This document shows, piece after piece, positions 26,491-39,599 of a stretch of DNA of 64,000 nucleotides. The stretch comes from Eledone cirrhosa. Its lineage: Eukaryota. The position numbers were made by a program, and so were the translations under genes. A model generated the notes under the pieces. That model was given only the letters and a program-made list of their open reading frames with translations. It searched no databases and was not told the DNA's origin. The DNA lies in NCBI GenBank assembly GCA_964016885.1, contig OZ024751.1:19654001-19718000 (forward strand), in the 5' to 3' direction. Each line of letters begins with the position of its first letter. Position 1 is the first letter of the stretch.

Positions 26491-26621
26491 CTTAGCTCCA
26501 TGCATCTGACATTGATCTCCAGTCTTTTGTAAGTTATTTTCCTTTCTACCAGAAATGGCCACCTGTGCCCCAAGTTTGGAGAACAATGCAGCTGTGGCTG
26601 CACCGATACCGGAGCTGGCAC
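26491..26621 (-). CDS. SDR exon 2
   Basis: ttttcag acceptor, gtaaaa donor; (G)ASSGIGAATAALFSKLGAQVAISGRKENNLQKTGDQCQMHGAK, the Rossmann glycine motif. Confidence 0.93.
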
Positions 26622-28904
26622 CTGAAAATAACAACAACAACAACAACAAGCATATAATCGTTGTAGATAGACCATCATCATCATCATCATTATCTACATA
26701 ACAGAAATACAAGTCTTCCCCACCCTCCCATATCATCATCATTATCATCGTTTAACGTCTATTTTTCCATGGCAGCATGGGTTAGATAAGTTATCTTGTT
26801 GTGAGAAATGCCAGGTCAGGTGACCATATCTTACTCATACAGAACTGATTTTGGCTTAGTTTCTACAGCTGGATGCCCTTCCTAACGTCAACTTTGTGCA
26901 TAAATCAGAAACCATTATTATTATTATTTGCTGTGTGTTGGTACATCATATCCATGTGGTTTGTAAGAAGGACATCTAGGTGTGAAACACTGTCTCAAAA
27001 CACCCCTTTCGATACTATATCTGCTCTATATTACTCTAGTAATTGTTTCTACTTTTGGCACAAGGCCAGCAATTTGAAGGGGAGGGGAAAGTCGTTTAAA
27101 TCGACCCCAGTACTTGACTGGTACTTTAATTTTATTGACTTTGGAAGGATGAAAAGCAAAGTTGACTTCAGAGGGATTTGTACTCTGTATGTAAAGTGTT
27201 GGAAAAGATACTGCCCAACACACTAAAGCCTCTGCCAATCAACCACCCTGGGAACCTGAAGTGAAACTCAAATGTGTTTGTGTGCATATTTTATTGGCAG
27301 TATGACTCTCCCAAAGTATAATGATAATATAAGTGTTTTCAGGTCATTTCTCCTCTAAAACCAGTGGTGAACCATATGACAGTTTTAAACCTTTTGGGAC
27401 AGTATTTTTAATGAAATAAACTCTATTTCTATTAATGATAAAGAATTTTGAGGGATTTACTAAAATTATTAGGATAGTAACTTAGTATATAGCTCTTATA
27501 TAAAATTATACTAGAAGATTTTAATTTAAACAGGAACCCTTTAAAATGGATGATTTTGTTTCATAGGCCCAGAGCCAATTTTGGTTGGGGTGTGTGGGGG
27601 GTTGCATCATTCTTGCCTATGATCCTGTGCTCTTTTGAATCCATGTTATCATGACACCAGCAATAGGGAGGTTGTTCGGTCTTTGACACAGCTGAAGGGT
27701 CCTCCTGATCCTTTGTTTGGCAGCTTTTCTATAGCAGGATGTCCTTCCTCTCACCATGGTTCTTATATAAAATTATGTTGGAAGATTTTAAATTAAATAG
27801 AAACCATTTAAAATGGATGATTCATAGAACCAGAGAAAGGTTTGGCTGGGTTGGTATTAAAAGAGTTAATACTCATTATGAAGTAGCCATCTTGGCCTAA
27901 CATATACTGTTTACTACGTTGTTGTTATTATTTAGCCCTAGGTCACTCTTTATTGAGCACACCAAGGATCAAATGTGTTCTAATCAGGACCATCCTGTCT
28001 TTTTGTGTATCTTGGATTTTTAAAAGATACCATGTTATGCAAATAAGTAGGTGGATATGTATGTGTATAAATGTGTGTGTATGTAGGTGTTTATATGAGT
28101 GTGTGTGAGTGTATAAATATGTGTATATGTATGTGTGTTTATGAGCTGATGGCGAAGTAATAGCTGAAGTTTTTAAGTAAATAATTAAAATTGTTGAACA
28201 GTTGTAAAAAAAAATGAATCGATTAAAACAAAAACAATATAAAGACAGAGAGAAAGTTAAAACCAACAAAAAACAAAGTGTTTTACGATAGGAATTAAAA
28301 AGTAAAACAAAATAAAACGTAACGTAGTGGTCTTAACTGACAGTTTTTTTTTGTTTTTGTTATCATAGGTCTGCTTATATAGTACTGACCTAGAGCTAAA
28401 CAAGGTCAGTTATTGTAGAGGTGATTTGTATTTTCAACCAGGCACCTATCCTCCATCCCACACCACACCCCTGTATTATGAGAGAAATCCCAGGTAAAGC
28501 TTTGGCCTCGGAATAATTTGAAAACGTAGTAGTAGCATTAAGTTAGTTGTTTTTGCTAATTCGACAATTTTTATATATGCTCTAGTATTTATATATTATT
28601 AAGACAAGAAAAGAAAAATACACATATATTACTAAATATTAATTTCTAGCATCGATCAAGATAGGATGGCAGACGTGGGAAATGAGATGTTGTGAGGATA
28701 ATGCTTTTCTATATCACAAAATATTATCAAAACACAAAATACAAGGCTTAACAACGTGCTCGTTGTTGATGTTTACGTCCGATAACATTCACGGTTATAA
28801 AGCTATGAAACCTTACAAAAGATTCTGTAAATAACATCTAGTTTACATAATAACAATAATAATTAAATACATTTGTTGAACAAATAAATAGTAAAGATAT
28901 AAAC

Positions 28905-28959
28905 CTGTAATCAAGGCCACTTTCCCGGCTAAGTCACATATGTTCGCATTGATCGCCAT
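28905..28959 (-). CDS. SDR oxidoreductase (FabG/3-oxoacyl-ACP-reductase-like classical SDR), exon 1
   Basis: ATG at 28959; encodes MAINANICDLAGKVALIT+G; GT donor at 28904; joins exon 2 in phase 1 to form the TGxxxGIG motif. Confidence 0.85.
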
Positions 28960-30032
28960 GCTGTGGAGAAATGTCAAATTGGAGTAACTTCCCTTGGTAA
29001 AGGGAGATAAGCGAAAATTATTATTTTGTAAATTCCCGCTCTGGTAGTGTTTACTATAATCCCACCTTTCATTCTATGGAATAAGCATCAGTTAAGTACT
29101 AGAGGCTGATTTAATCGATTATATCTTTCCAACAATTTAGGGCCTTTTTCTAATGTAAGCAATCTTTATAGCAATCTTACATTAGCACAAGATTACGGGT
29201 TTATTGCGAAAAGGCTCAATCGATTAAAAACTTACAAATAGATATTATGAATACTATTTGCCCAAAATAAAGTAAAGACAACTTTGAATCCGGAACGATT
29301 TAATTTCTGAATATTGAATAACGAACCTAAATGTGGTTTGGTCTGGCATCCCAACTACCTCTGTTTACTATATTGTTTACATGGACTTGTAACTCCTAGC
29401 GTAGTCATAGGGGGCGCCGTCGTCACATACAGCGTGTGTTGGGTCATTTGAATATGTCAGAATCCATCCCTTTCTATGTCTGAATACAGCTGATTTCTTC
29501 CCCCAAAAAGGAGACAGTGAGTTGACACCAATACTGGACAATACTTTTTTCTTTATCGACCACGAAAGGATGAAAGGCGAAATTCACCTCGGCAGGATTT
29601 GAACTGAGAGAGCTGGAACGAATAAAACAGAGTGTACTATCCGACGTTTAACAACTCAACCAACTAATGTCTGTTATATTTACGTGAATGACACATGATG
29701 CACAAGGCATCAAATAATCAGCTGTGGTAAGTAGTTTATGTCATGTAACTAACAAATTGAATTTTCATAGGATCCTTCAATTTCTGTATACCTCGGAGTT
29801 CAACGGAGTACCAAAAACAACATATTTATTACATCATTACATATAAATGTACAAACTGGTGTTATTATTATTTTTTTTTACCTGTTTCAATCATTACATT
29901 ACGACTATGCTGGAGCACCGCTTTAAAGTCAACTATATCGACCCCATTACGTATCATTTTTAAGCTTGATAAATATTTTATCAATCACGTATTTTTTTTG
30001 TTGAACCGTCAAGTTACGGAACATAAACAGGG

Positions 30033-30109
<77 letters not shown>

Positions 30110-30989
30110 AGATCAAAAGATGGTTAAAAGAGTTCCATGTATTTTATTATGCGCATTTCAAAAACAAATATCATCATGCAATAACATTTGCGTTTTCGTC
30201 AGATAAAATAGGGAGACATGATATGAAGGTTAAAACACACTTGTGAATAGTGCAGTTTTAAATCAACATATGAAAAGTAGTTTTAGATTGATGTGTGATA
30301 TTGGGAAAAAATTGAGGGTGGGGTGGGGGTGGAAAGGATGAAAGAGAGGAGGAGATGAGAGTAAAAAGTGGAGGGGGAGGAGTATAATGAGGAAGGATGA
30401 GATAGGAGGAGAGATGGGTGATAGAGAGAGAGAGAGAGATAGCTTTTATAGCTGAGAAAAATATATATTGTTTTACATAGAGAGGTTGAAAAACCGTTGG
30501 AAGATAATATATAAATTAAAAGAATTTGAAAATTAACGAAGAGAAAAATTTAGAATAATGTTAAATTAAGGTTTGTATATTTAAGGGTTTAATAATATGT
30601 GCGATGAAAAGAAATTGTTAATATGTATTAAGAATAATATTTAAGGGTTTAATAATATGTGCGATGGAAAGAAATTGTTGATATGTATTATTAAAAAATA
30701 TAAAAATATAGCAATAGTAATGTAATTAAGGATATATTGTGAAAGAAGTAGAAGAGTGGATGAATAAGTGTAATATGTATAAGTTAGATGAGCATGAAAG
30801 GGAGAAAAAAATAATGAATTGAGGATGAATAATCTAACGTCAAAAAAATGTTTATGTTTCCGAAGGATTTTTTCAAGGTGATATAAAGTAAGAATATATT
30901 GTGCTGAGTAATAATTGTTTCTACGTTAGGCACAATGATAATTGAGAAGTATCTAGGAAAAAAAGGTACAGATTAGGGGTGAGAAATTA

Positions 30990-31550
30990 AAAGAAAAAAA
31001 GAAAAGAAAAAAAGGAAAAAAGAAAGAAAGGGAAGTGATAAATAGGAGTGATATAGAATGAGTAACTAGTATTATATAATGTATAATAAATAACATTGAA
31101 ATAAGGTAGAAAGATGGGTATATTTTTAAAGAAATATATATGTATATATATATATATATATGTGCCTTTGAGAAAAGGATTTTAAATTGGTAAAGTATTA
31201 GATATTAGCTGTATACTTTATGGAATGTTCTGTGGAATTTATGCAAGCAGAGAGAAAACAAGTCAGTGCGTCTATTTATTATAGAATCTAAGTTAGATAT
31301 AATGGTAAATTGTTCACATAAACAGAGATTGCATGTCTCGGATAGAGAACTATTCAAGTATGGAGAAGCATACATAAAATCCTTTTCTCAAAGGCACATA
31401 TATATATATATACATATATATTTCTTTAAAAATATACCCATCTTTCTACCTTATTTCAATGTTATTTATTATACATTATATAATACTAGTTACTCATTCT
31501 ATATCACTCCTATTTATCACTTCCCTTTCTTTCTTTTTTCCTTTTTTTTT
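30990..31550 (-). mobile_element. Penelope-like element fragment with inverted 3' region
   Basis: 31205-31373 minus reads YASPYLNSSLSETCNLCLCEQFTIISNLDSIINRRTDLFSLCLHKFHRTFHKVYS* (CNLCLxE..NxRxE/D..CxH PLE tail), flanked by ~170-bp inverted repeats. Confidence 0.7.
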
Positions 31551-31600
31551 TTTTTTTTTGATATTAAATAAATGGAAACTATATTTATAAAACCATATTT

Positions 31601-31660
31601 ATTCTATTATATATATTTCAAGGGTACCAAAAACTTTGGTACGCTTTCATCAGATAAAAT
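31601..31660 (-). ncRNA. Type I hammerhead (family B)
   Basis: AUUUUAU-CUGAUGA-aagcguaccaaa..uuugguacccuu-GAAA-uauau-AUA-AUAGAAU. Confidence 0.7.
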
Positions 31661-32942
31661 ACAAAGTGTGTTTGGCACTTCTTGGAAGTTGATAGCACAT
31701 GCAAAAATGAAGGAAACATTTTTTTTCTAACATAAATCAAAGTGGAAATTTAAATCCTCACTTATAACAAAGCACACCACAGCACATTAATCTACCCCAA
31801 TCCACACCATAACCATACTTCACTATATGGCAAATTTATTACAGAACACCGACTCCTACCATTTACATCACACCATGGTATGGACATCAATGTGACAAAT
31901 TTGCTACCTGCTTTTTTTTTTTTTGTGGTTACCACCTCAAACTAACATCAAAGGTGCTTGCAAATGACTATTTTCCCACACATTATCAATGAATATGACA
32001 TGGGAATCTATCGTTTACAATCGGTTTCCATTTCATAACTTCACTAAACCAAACCAAACCACACCATACCAAGTTACACCATACTACATCACACCAAGCT
32101 ATTGATCTTGGTGTGAAACATTTTCTTCCCGTTTCTTTTTTTTATTTTGTGTGTGTGCTTACCACCCAATCTGACATTAAAGGTGCTCCCAATTTACTTT
32201 TTTTTTTTCACATATCAATAATTATGACATGGAAACCTGTCGAAAATGACTATCTTTGTAGAAACTTCACCAAACCACACCATACTACATCACACCAAGC
32301 TATTGATTTTGGTGTGACAAATTTTCATTTGGCATTTTTTTTTTTTTTTTTTTTTTTTTGTGTGCTTACCACCCAATTTGACATAAATGGTGCTTGCAAA
32401 TTACTATTTTATGCACATATTATCAATGGTTATGACATGGAAACCTGATGAAAATGACTAGCTTTGTAGAAAAAAGAGGGAGGATGTGGGTGGAAATACC
32501 ATTTACAAAGCTAGTCATTTTTAATTGCAGTGGAAATCATATTTGTTGTTAATATGCTAAAAAAATAGTCAATTGCAAGCATTTTGGAGGTCGGATTAGT
32601 TGATAGGACATAAAAAAACAAAGGAAAACAAATATTGTCTATATGTTCCTGTGGAAAGTCGGGTCTTCTGTATTACTGTGTGACGCCAGAGGTCATGGTC
32701 GTGTGTCATTGCCTTTGAGAGGTGCAATTGGGAAAGGTCGGCTTAGAAATATTTACTTCTGCGTTCACAGATTGATTTTTTTTAGTTTCAGAAGATCCCA
32801 TTAAGGGTGAAAGCAGCCGATTCTTTGCTTAAACTTTAATCTGTTATTTTAATAAATATTTGCTCTACGGTTCTTATATATTTGATATATATTTATCCTT
32901 ATCGAGCCTTCTTTGGATGTTAATCTTCATATGTATTATTAT

Positions 32943-32990
<48 letters not shown>

Positions 32991-33394
32991 ATATATATTA
33001 GTTTATATATATGTGTGTGTATATATATATATACATACATATTGAGAGCATTGGGTTTGCAATCGAAAGGTTGTGAGTTCAATTCTCACACCAAGTGATG
33101 TGTTGTTTCCTTGAGCAAGACACTTTATTTCACATTGCTCCAGTTTACTCAGCTGTAGAAATGAGATGATAGGACTGGGGTCCCTATCATTCTACTGCAA
33201 AGTGGTCGTGGAGGTGCCACGGCAAAAAAGCACCCAGCCCACACTGTAAAGTGGATGTGGAGGTGCCACGGAAAAAAAGCATCCAGCACTCACTGTAAAT
33301 GAGGTTGGTGTTAGGAAGGGCATCCAGCTGTAGAAATCAAGCCACCCACCCTTGCAAGCAGGGAAAAAGTGGACGTAAAATGAAATAATGATGA

Positions 33395-33730
33395 ATGCTC
33401 CCAGCTGTGGTCACCCCATAGTATCAAACTAACCATGGAGCTTGAAGCAATCCAATGAAGCTACACCAAGAAGGTTGCCACGATGAAGGAGATATACTAC
33501 TGGGAGAGTCTAAAAGAACTGAAACTCTACTCCTCGGAATGAAGACGGGAGAGATATGCAATGATATACATATGGAAAATCCTGGGGGGACTAAGACCAA
33601 ACTTTCGCATTGAGAGCTGGACCAATTCTCGAACAGGACGTCACTGTGTGGTACCAAAGCTCCCGTCTTCCACATCTAGAATCAGGAGCAGCTATGGCAA
33701 TAGCCTGGGGTTCAAAGGCCCTCAACTTGG
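33395..33730 (+). mobile_element. LINE (CR1/L2/Jockey group) ORF2 fragment, degraded
   Basis: SQLWSP..LEAIQ..TKK..YWE.LKELKLYS..RRERYAMIYIWKILGG with stop codons. Confidence 0.7.
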
Positions 33731-36384
33731 TTTTCAAAATTTAAATTTGTGTTTCCTATTCATCAATGCTTCAAGCAAGCTATAAAACTCTGTTATATTT
33801 CATCATCATTTTATGTCAGTTCTTCTACGCTAGCATGGGTTGTCCTGTTGTGGGCAGTGTCCGGTTGGCTGACCTTGTCTTGCTCATACGGGAACTGGTT
33901 CTGTCTTGATTTCTACAGCTGGATGCCCTTCCTAACACCAACCTCATTTACAGTGAGTGCTGGGTGTTTTTGTTTTTTTGCCGTGGCACCTCCACTTTGC
34001 AGTGGAATGATATGGACCGCAGTCCCTATCATCTCATTTTTACAGCTGAGTAAACTGGAGCAATGTGAAATAAAGTGTCTTGCTCAAGGAAACAACACAT
34101 CACCTGGTCCGAGAATTAAACTCACAACTTTTCAATTGCAAGCCCAATGCTCTAACCACTGAGCCATGTGCCTTCTATTGTTGGCAATGTTAGGTCAGGT
34201 GACCATGTCTTGCTCATAAAGAACTGATTTTGGCTTGGTTTCTACAGCTGGATGCCCTTCCAAATGCCAAGCTCATTTACAGTGAGTACTGGGTGATTTT
34301 TGTCGTGATTCCTCCACGACTACTTTACAGTGTGGACTGGATGTTTTTACCGTGTCACCATCACGACCACTTTACAGTGTTTCGGCCTGATCTCATGAAA
34401 GATATATTGGCGGGTGGGATGGAGTGGTGCATACTGTATGTATGTTTCAGCCTTGGCCTGGGCCCGTGGGAAGTTGGGGTTTCTGTATTACCTCATAACG
34501 CCAGAGATCTTGGTCCTCTGTCATTGCCTTTCAGGAACAAACAAAATATTTCACGTAATTGAATTGAATTAGTAACTCTGTCGTATTTTTTGTTTGCAGA
34601 AAATAGTCAACAACAACAGAGTGTACAAGATCCCTTCCCCCAATATGGAACAAAAATTACGGAAGTAGCCGAAAAAAAAAAAGAAATCACGGAAATAAAC
34701 CGATTAAGATATTTTTATTTATTTTTTTAATAGATTTACGAATAACATACACTATATAAAAAAATAAATGTTTCTAAGTAATAATATTTAATAATATAAT
34801 AAAGTTTCTAAGTAATTTTCAGCGATTTCGATTAAAACAAAACAATTTTGAATCTTTAGAAAATTAACGATTTTTTCCCCCCCAAAATAGAAAAAAATTA
34901 TGAATTTTGAACGCTGAATTCAGAGAACGCCTAATTTTTTCTTCTTTACAAAGACGCATATTTTTTTCAATAACACGATATAGAGTTTATTATAATTCAG
35001 ATATGTTTGTTACATCATCATCTATGTTTACATTCTATCGTTGTTTTAAAGATGAATTAATACTGATTTCTGATTTAGGAACGAGGCCAGCAAATTTGGA
35101 AGTTGATTAAATTAACCACAGTAGTTAACTGGTATATTATTTTATCGACCTCAGAAGGATAACATGCATTAATATTAAAAAAAAATATTCATGGTTAATC
35201 AGCTGAAAGTTTGCAGTTGTTTTACTTTCACCCAAATGGTTTGTGTTTGAGGGTGCTCTCTGTGAGAGACTAGCGTTCTACCCTAGGGGAGAATAATTCC
35301 CTCACCTACATGACAATATGGAAACCTACTGTGAACATTGAGCCTTTGAATTTTGGGGATACCAGTGAAAAAAAAATGATAAAAGGGGAGCTAGAAACAA
35401 ACAAAACAAAAATATATCGGTAAGAACTTTTACCATATTCTTAGAAAGACACGTCTTCATAATATATATAACTGTTTCTACTTTTGGCACAAGGCCAGCA
35501 ATTTTCCCAGTGTATTACTGGTACTTTATTTTATCAGTAATATATATATATAATATATATAATATTTTATTTTCTCTTGACAGAAGAATTTATCTAGAAT
35601 TTTTGGGAAAGGAGGGGATTTTGAGGTGTTCATTGTTTCATTCTTCCTCCAATGACATTAGGGAATCTGTGTGTGTTTGTGGGGGGGTAGGGGAAAATAA
35701 AATGTGATCGTTCTGGTTTAGTGGTGAAATGTATAATTGAATGATTTCTTAGCATAGATACAATCATACTTCCGCATTTGGCGGGGAGGGGTGTCATTGA
35801 GTTAACCCCCACCCTACCTTATGCAGTACTGGATTGGTACATTTCTTTTTATCGACTTGGGAAGATAAAAAGCAAAAAAGTCGACTTTGATGGGATTTCA
35901 ACTCCGAACGTAAAGAAGCTTGATGAAATACCACACCAAAAGGAATTTTGTCCGACGCACCAAGAATTCTACTACTGCATTCACCATAATATATTTTGAC
36001 ATAGTATAACTCAGTGATATTTAGCGGTGCGTTTGACATAGAATGGCTTCCATCTGGCATTGAAACCACACCGCTGGATTTTTTTTTTTTTGAAGTTTAC
36101 ATAAAAAACCAATAATATTGATTTGTAATTAAGCTACAAGGCTAGCAATATTATTGAAGGACTTGGAGTTGCAAAGTAAATTATATCAGCCTCTGTATTT
36201 AACTGGTACTTTATTTTATCGACCCCGGAAGGATGAAAGACAAAGTTGACCTCAGCAGGATTTGAACTCAGAACGTTCAGAATCAGAACAAATACTGCAA
36301 AGGCCTTTTTATCCAATTTTCAACCAACTCCGCCAATCGTCCGTTTTTTTTACGACCAATAACATCCATTTACATTGTCGTCAC

Positions 36385-37302
36385 ATGAAGAATAAGACCA
36401 CAAATAACTCATTAAAAATCCTTATGGAGGACATCAAGGAGAAATGTTCTGAAATGAATGGAGAAGGTCCAAATCCTACACTTCGTCATATTGGATCCAG
36501 AATTACTGATGGTTTTTCCTGTCTCCCTCTCATGGCATTAAACAAAGGTCAAACCACTTTTGGACGACACCCCCACAATGACTTCTTCTTAGATTCTTCC
36601 ACCTTTAAAAACTTTATTTCACGGTGGCACTGTAGAATTGAGTCATGTCAGCTGGCTGACGGAACGAGTAGTTATCGGCTGTTTGATGGCAGTTTAAACG
36701 GTACCTTTGTTAATGACTACAGAGTAAGCAAGGAAGGCTGTATATTGAACAATGGCGACAAAGTTATATTTGGACACTTGAACGGTTCAAATATTACCGA
36801 AGGCAACTTCGCTCAGCAGCCGGAGTCAGTATTTCAATATGTATTTCAAAACGGTAAAAATTTATCACCACATTCTCCCAAGGACAATAAATACAAATAT
36901 ATTTGGTCGAGTCCATGTTGTAAAACGGGGAAGAAATGTTCGTCAGTTCATAAGAAGAAAAAACGGACTAAATACTGCTCCCCTGAAAGGGAAAAAGTTA
37001 CATCTTCCGGCAATGTTTCTGTGGATGAGAATGCAGCAACTAAGGACCAGTTTCCTCCAGCAGAAAACTGCGAAGATAAAACGAAAGACTCTTCTGTAGA
37101 TAGATCCAGTCCGATACAGACACGGCATCAGAGAAAGTTATCGATGCAGCCGGCGTTAGATTCTGGCTATATCAATGACTGTGATAACAGTGACAGTAGT
37201 GAGAACAGCGACGTATACCTGCTTGATAGAGTGAAGTTGTCAGTGGAAAGTTTCGGTGGTAGCGATAGTGATGTCTTTGATTGCAGTGATAGCCCCAGTT
37301 GA
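36385..37302 (+). CDS. FHA-domain protein (TCF19-like), apparently single coding exon, 305 aa from first ATG
   Basis: Uninterrupted non-repetitive ORF with FHA hallmarks FGR...ISRWH...DGSLNGTFVN...LNNGDKVIFG, a basic KKKKR patch and an acidic Ser-rich tail. The upstream part of the track ORF (from 36262) lies in a SINE. Alternative start at 36424. Confidence 0.8.
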   Translation: MKNKTTNNSLKILMEDIKEKCSEMNGEGPNPTLRHIGSRITDGFSCLPLMALNKGQTTFGRHPHNDFFLDSSTFKNFISRWHCRIESCQLADGTSSYRLFDGSLNGTFVNDYRVSKEGCILNNGDKVIFGHLNGSNITEGNFAQQPESVFQYVFQNGKNLSPHSPKDNKYKYIWSSPCCKTGKKCSSVHKKKKRTKYCSPEREKVTSSGNVSVDENAATKDQFPPAENCEDKTKDSSVDRSSPIQTRHQRKLSMQPALDSGYINDCDNSDSSENSDVYLLDRVKLSVESFGGSDSDVFDCSDSPS

Positions 37303-37601
37303 ATGTTATTGTCAGAAACTGTTTATAGATGGAAGAAGAGACTGTATATTCTACAGACTTGAGATATTTGAAAGAAGACTTAAAGAACTAAAAAAAGTTA
37401 ACAAACAACCAAATCTCCAACACATGGCAATAGATAAACAGATCTTCAAGCGATGATGGTGACGATATTAGTAAAGTATGACAAGGTTTGTTACTCCGTA
37501 TTGGATATATGGGTTCATTTCTACTTCACATTTTTATACATCTACCTCACAGTTTGAAATACATAAATACTGTTTCGTGTTCAATTCCAGATTCTTTTTT
37601 T

Positions 37602-37634
<33 letters not shown>

Positions 37635-37789
37635 ACAACAACAAAAATTAAAATATTAAATGCAATTGTTGAATTTTCATTTTATTTATTTTTACATTTA
37701 TATTTTTTTCAACATCCTTATGACAGCAAGCGTTTTATATATTTTAAGTATGGTCGTTTGGTACCCCGGTAAGGGTAATTAGACTCATA

Positions 37790-38060
37790 CCAAGGTAGAG
37801 ATGATCCTCTTCTGTGTATCCTGAATTGATGCCTCCCAATGGGCATCAATACGAGAAGCGATAGTTAAACTTGAGCGGGTGGTTGGTCCACTCCTTCTCG
37901 AGCCTTGACTTAAAAATGTTGACTGAGGGTGCGTCAACTGTTTCCTGTTTGAGGTTGTTCCACTGGTTGATCGCACGTACAGAAAAGAAGTGGTTCCTAG
38001 GACTTGCTTCCGGTTGTGTCCTCGGGTAGTCCTGCTGAGTGCCTCTTAGAACTGCGTTGC
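37790..38060 (-). mobile_element. CR1-type LINE 3' fragment
   Basis: TRGHNRK..RNHFFSVRAINQWNNLKQETVDAPSVNIFKSRLEKEW (frameshifted). Confidence 0.7.
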
Positions 38061-39599
38061 CGCAAATGGGACACCTAGTGTACTGTAATTTATCGAAATC
38101 CTCATTCTTACTGAATCAGTGGTTAGCAATGTGGTCCTCCTGACAGGCATGTCTATTTTGTCCTATCATCTGTACCCCTCCTCACCAACTCCCAAGCATT
38201 TATTTCGGTAATTTATTTTTTCGTGTGTTGACAATTAAACTTCCCCACCTCCATTCGGGGTGTTTTTACCCTTAAACCCTAAACCTAACCCTAATTCTGG
38301 GGAAGGGGTGAAAAGTCGGTCTTCCCTCTTCCACCTCCGTTTTCCGGGTGGAAAAGTCCTTTGCAGCATATTTGGAGGTAAGATTAGTTGGTAGCAAACG
38401 AAAACACCGAGGGGAAAAATGTTAAAGGAAATGCCGAGGGTCCCCCCACCTTCCTTTCTCTGTTTTCCGAGGGGAAAAGTCCTTTGCAGCATAGTAAGAA
38501 GTAAGCTTGATAGCACGTGAAAAAAACTAAGGAAAATAATAATTATTTCCCACTTAAATCGATGGGGGGAGGGAGGGGTTCTATAAATTTACATTTACTT
38601 CTTCCATCGGCTTTCGCTACATGTATGGACAACTTTAAATTATTAGGGTGTGGTATAAACCTGTAACTCGTGCAGGGGGTCGTAGGGGCGCCTTATTGAC
38701 ATACGGCGTTTCTTGGTTATTTTAAAACCTGGCAGAGCCCATCTCTTCTCCGGGTCTGAACACAGAAGATTTCTTCCAGAGAGAGAGTAGACGAAGAATC
38801 GATCGCAGTCCTAGACTGGTACCTTTTCTTTTTTTTTTTTTTTTATCGACCTTGAATGGATGAAAGGTAAAGTTGACCTCGACGGGATTTGAACTGAGAG
38901 AGTAGAGAGCCGGAGCTAACACCGTAAAGCATTCTATCCGACGTTCTAACGACTTTGACAATTCGCCGATATATGTGTAAAAAAACAAAAACACTTCATT
39001 GATATTTCCTTTCGGTACTCACTAAATTTCCGGGGTCCCTAGAAAAAAAAAAAAAAAAAGTATGAATAAGAATTTATCAGTATGGGGTGACAAAATCGTT
39101 AGAGTTTCGAACAAATGTTTTACGTTATTTGTTAAGGCTCAAATCCTGTTATCGTCAACTTGGCCTGTCTTACTTGAAAGAAAAGCTCATCAAGCTGATG
39201 CTTATTCTGGTTTTCATGGTGTTAAGCGACTGAGTACAAGACTCCACGCACCCCCTGGACAGGACGCCAGTGAATCGCAGGGTTAAAACCTCCCAACTAT
39301 TGCTACCACTCATTTTAAGGTGAGTATACTGGAGCAACTTGAAATGAAGTGTTTTGCTCGGGAACACGAGACACAACCCAATCCAGGAATCGAACTCACG
39401 ACATTATGACCATTAGTCCAATACTCTTACCACTAAGTCACGCGCCTCAAGCGCCAGTAAAAAAAAAAAAAACAAAAAAACAACTGATACTTTATTTTAA
39501 CGACAAAACTAACCTCGGCGGGATTTGAACTCAGAACATAGAGAGCTGGACAAATACTTAGCAGTATTTGTCCGTCGCTCTACCGATGCTGCTGTTAAT

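Noticed and set aside
38270-38295. Telomere-like CCCTAA repeats (also at 46808)
   Set aside because: Only 2-3 imperfect units; not a telomere or meaningful interstitial array
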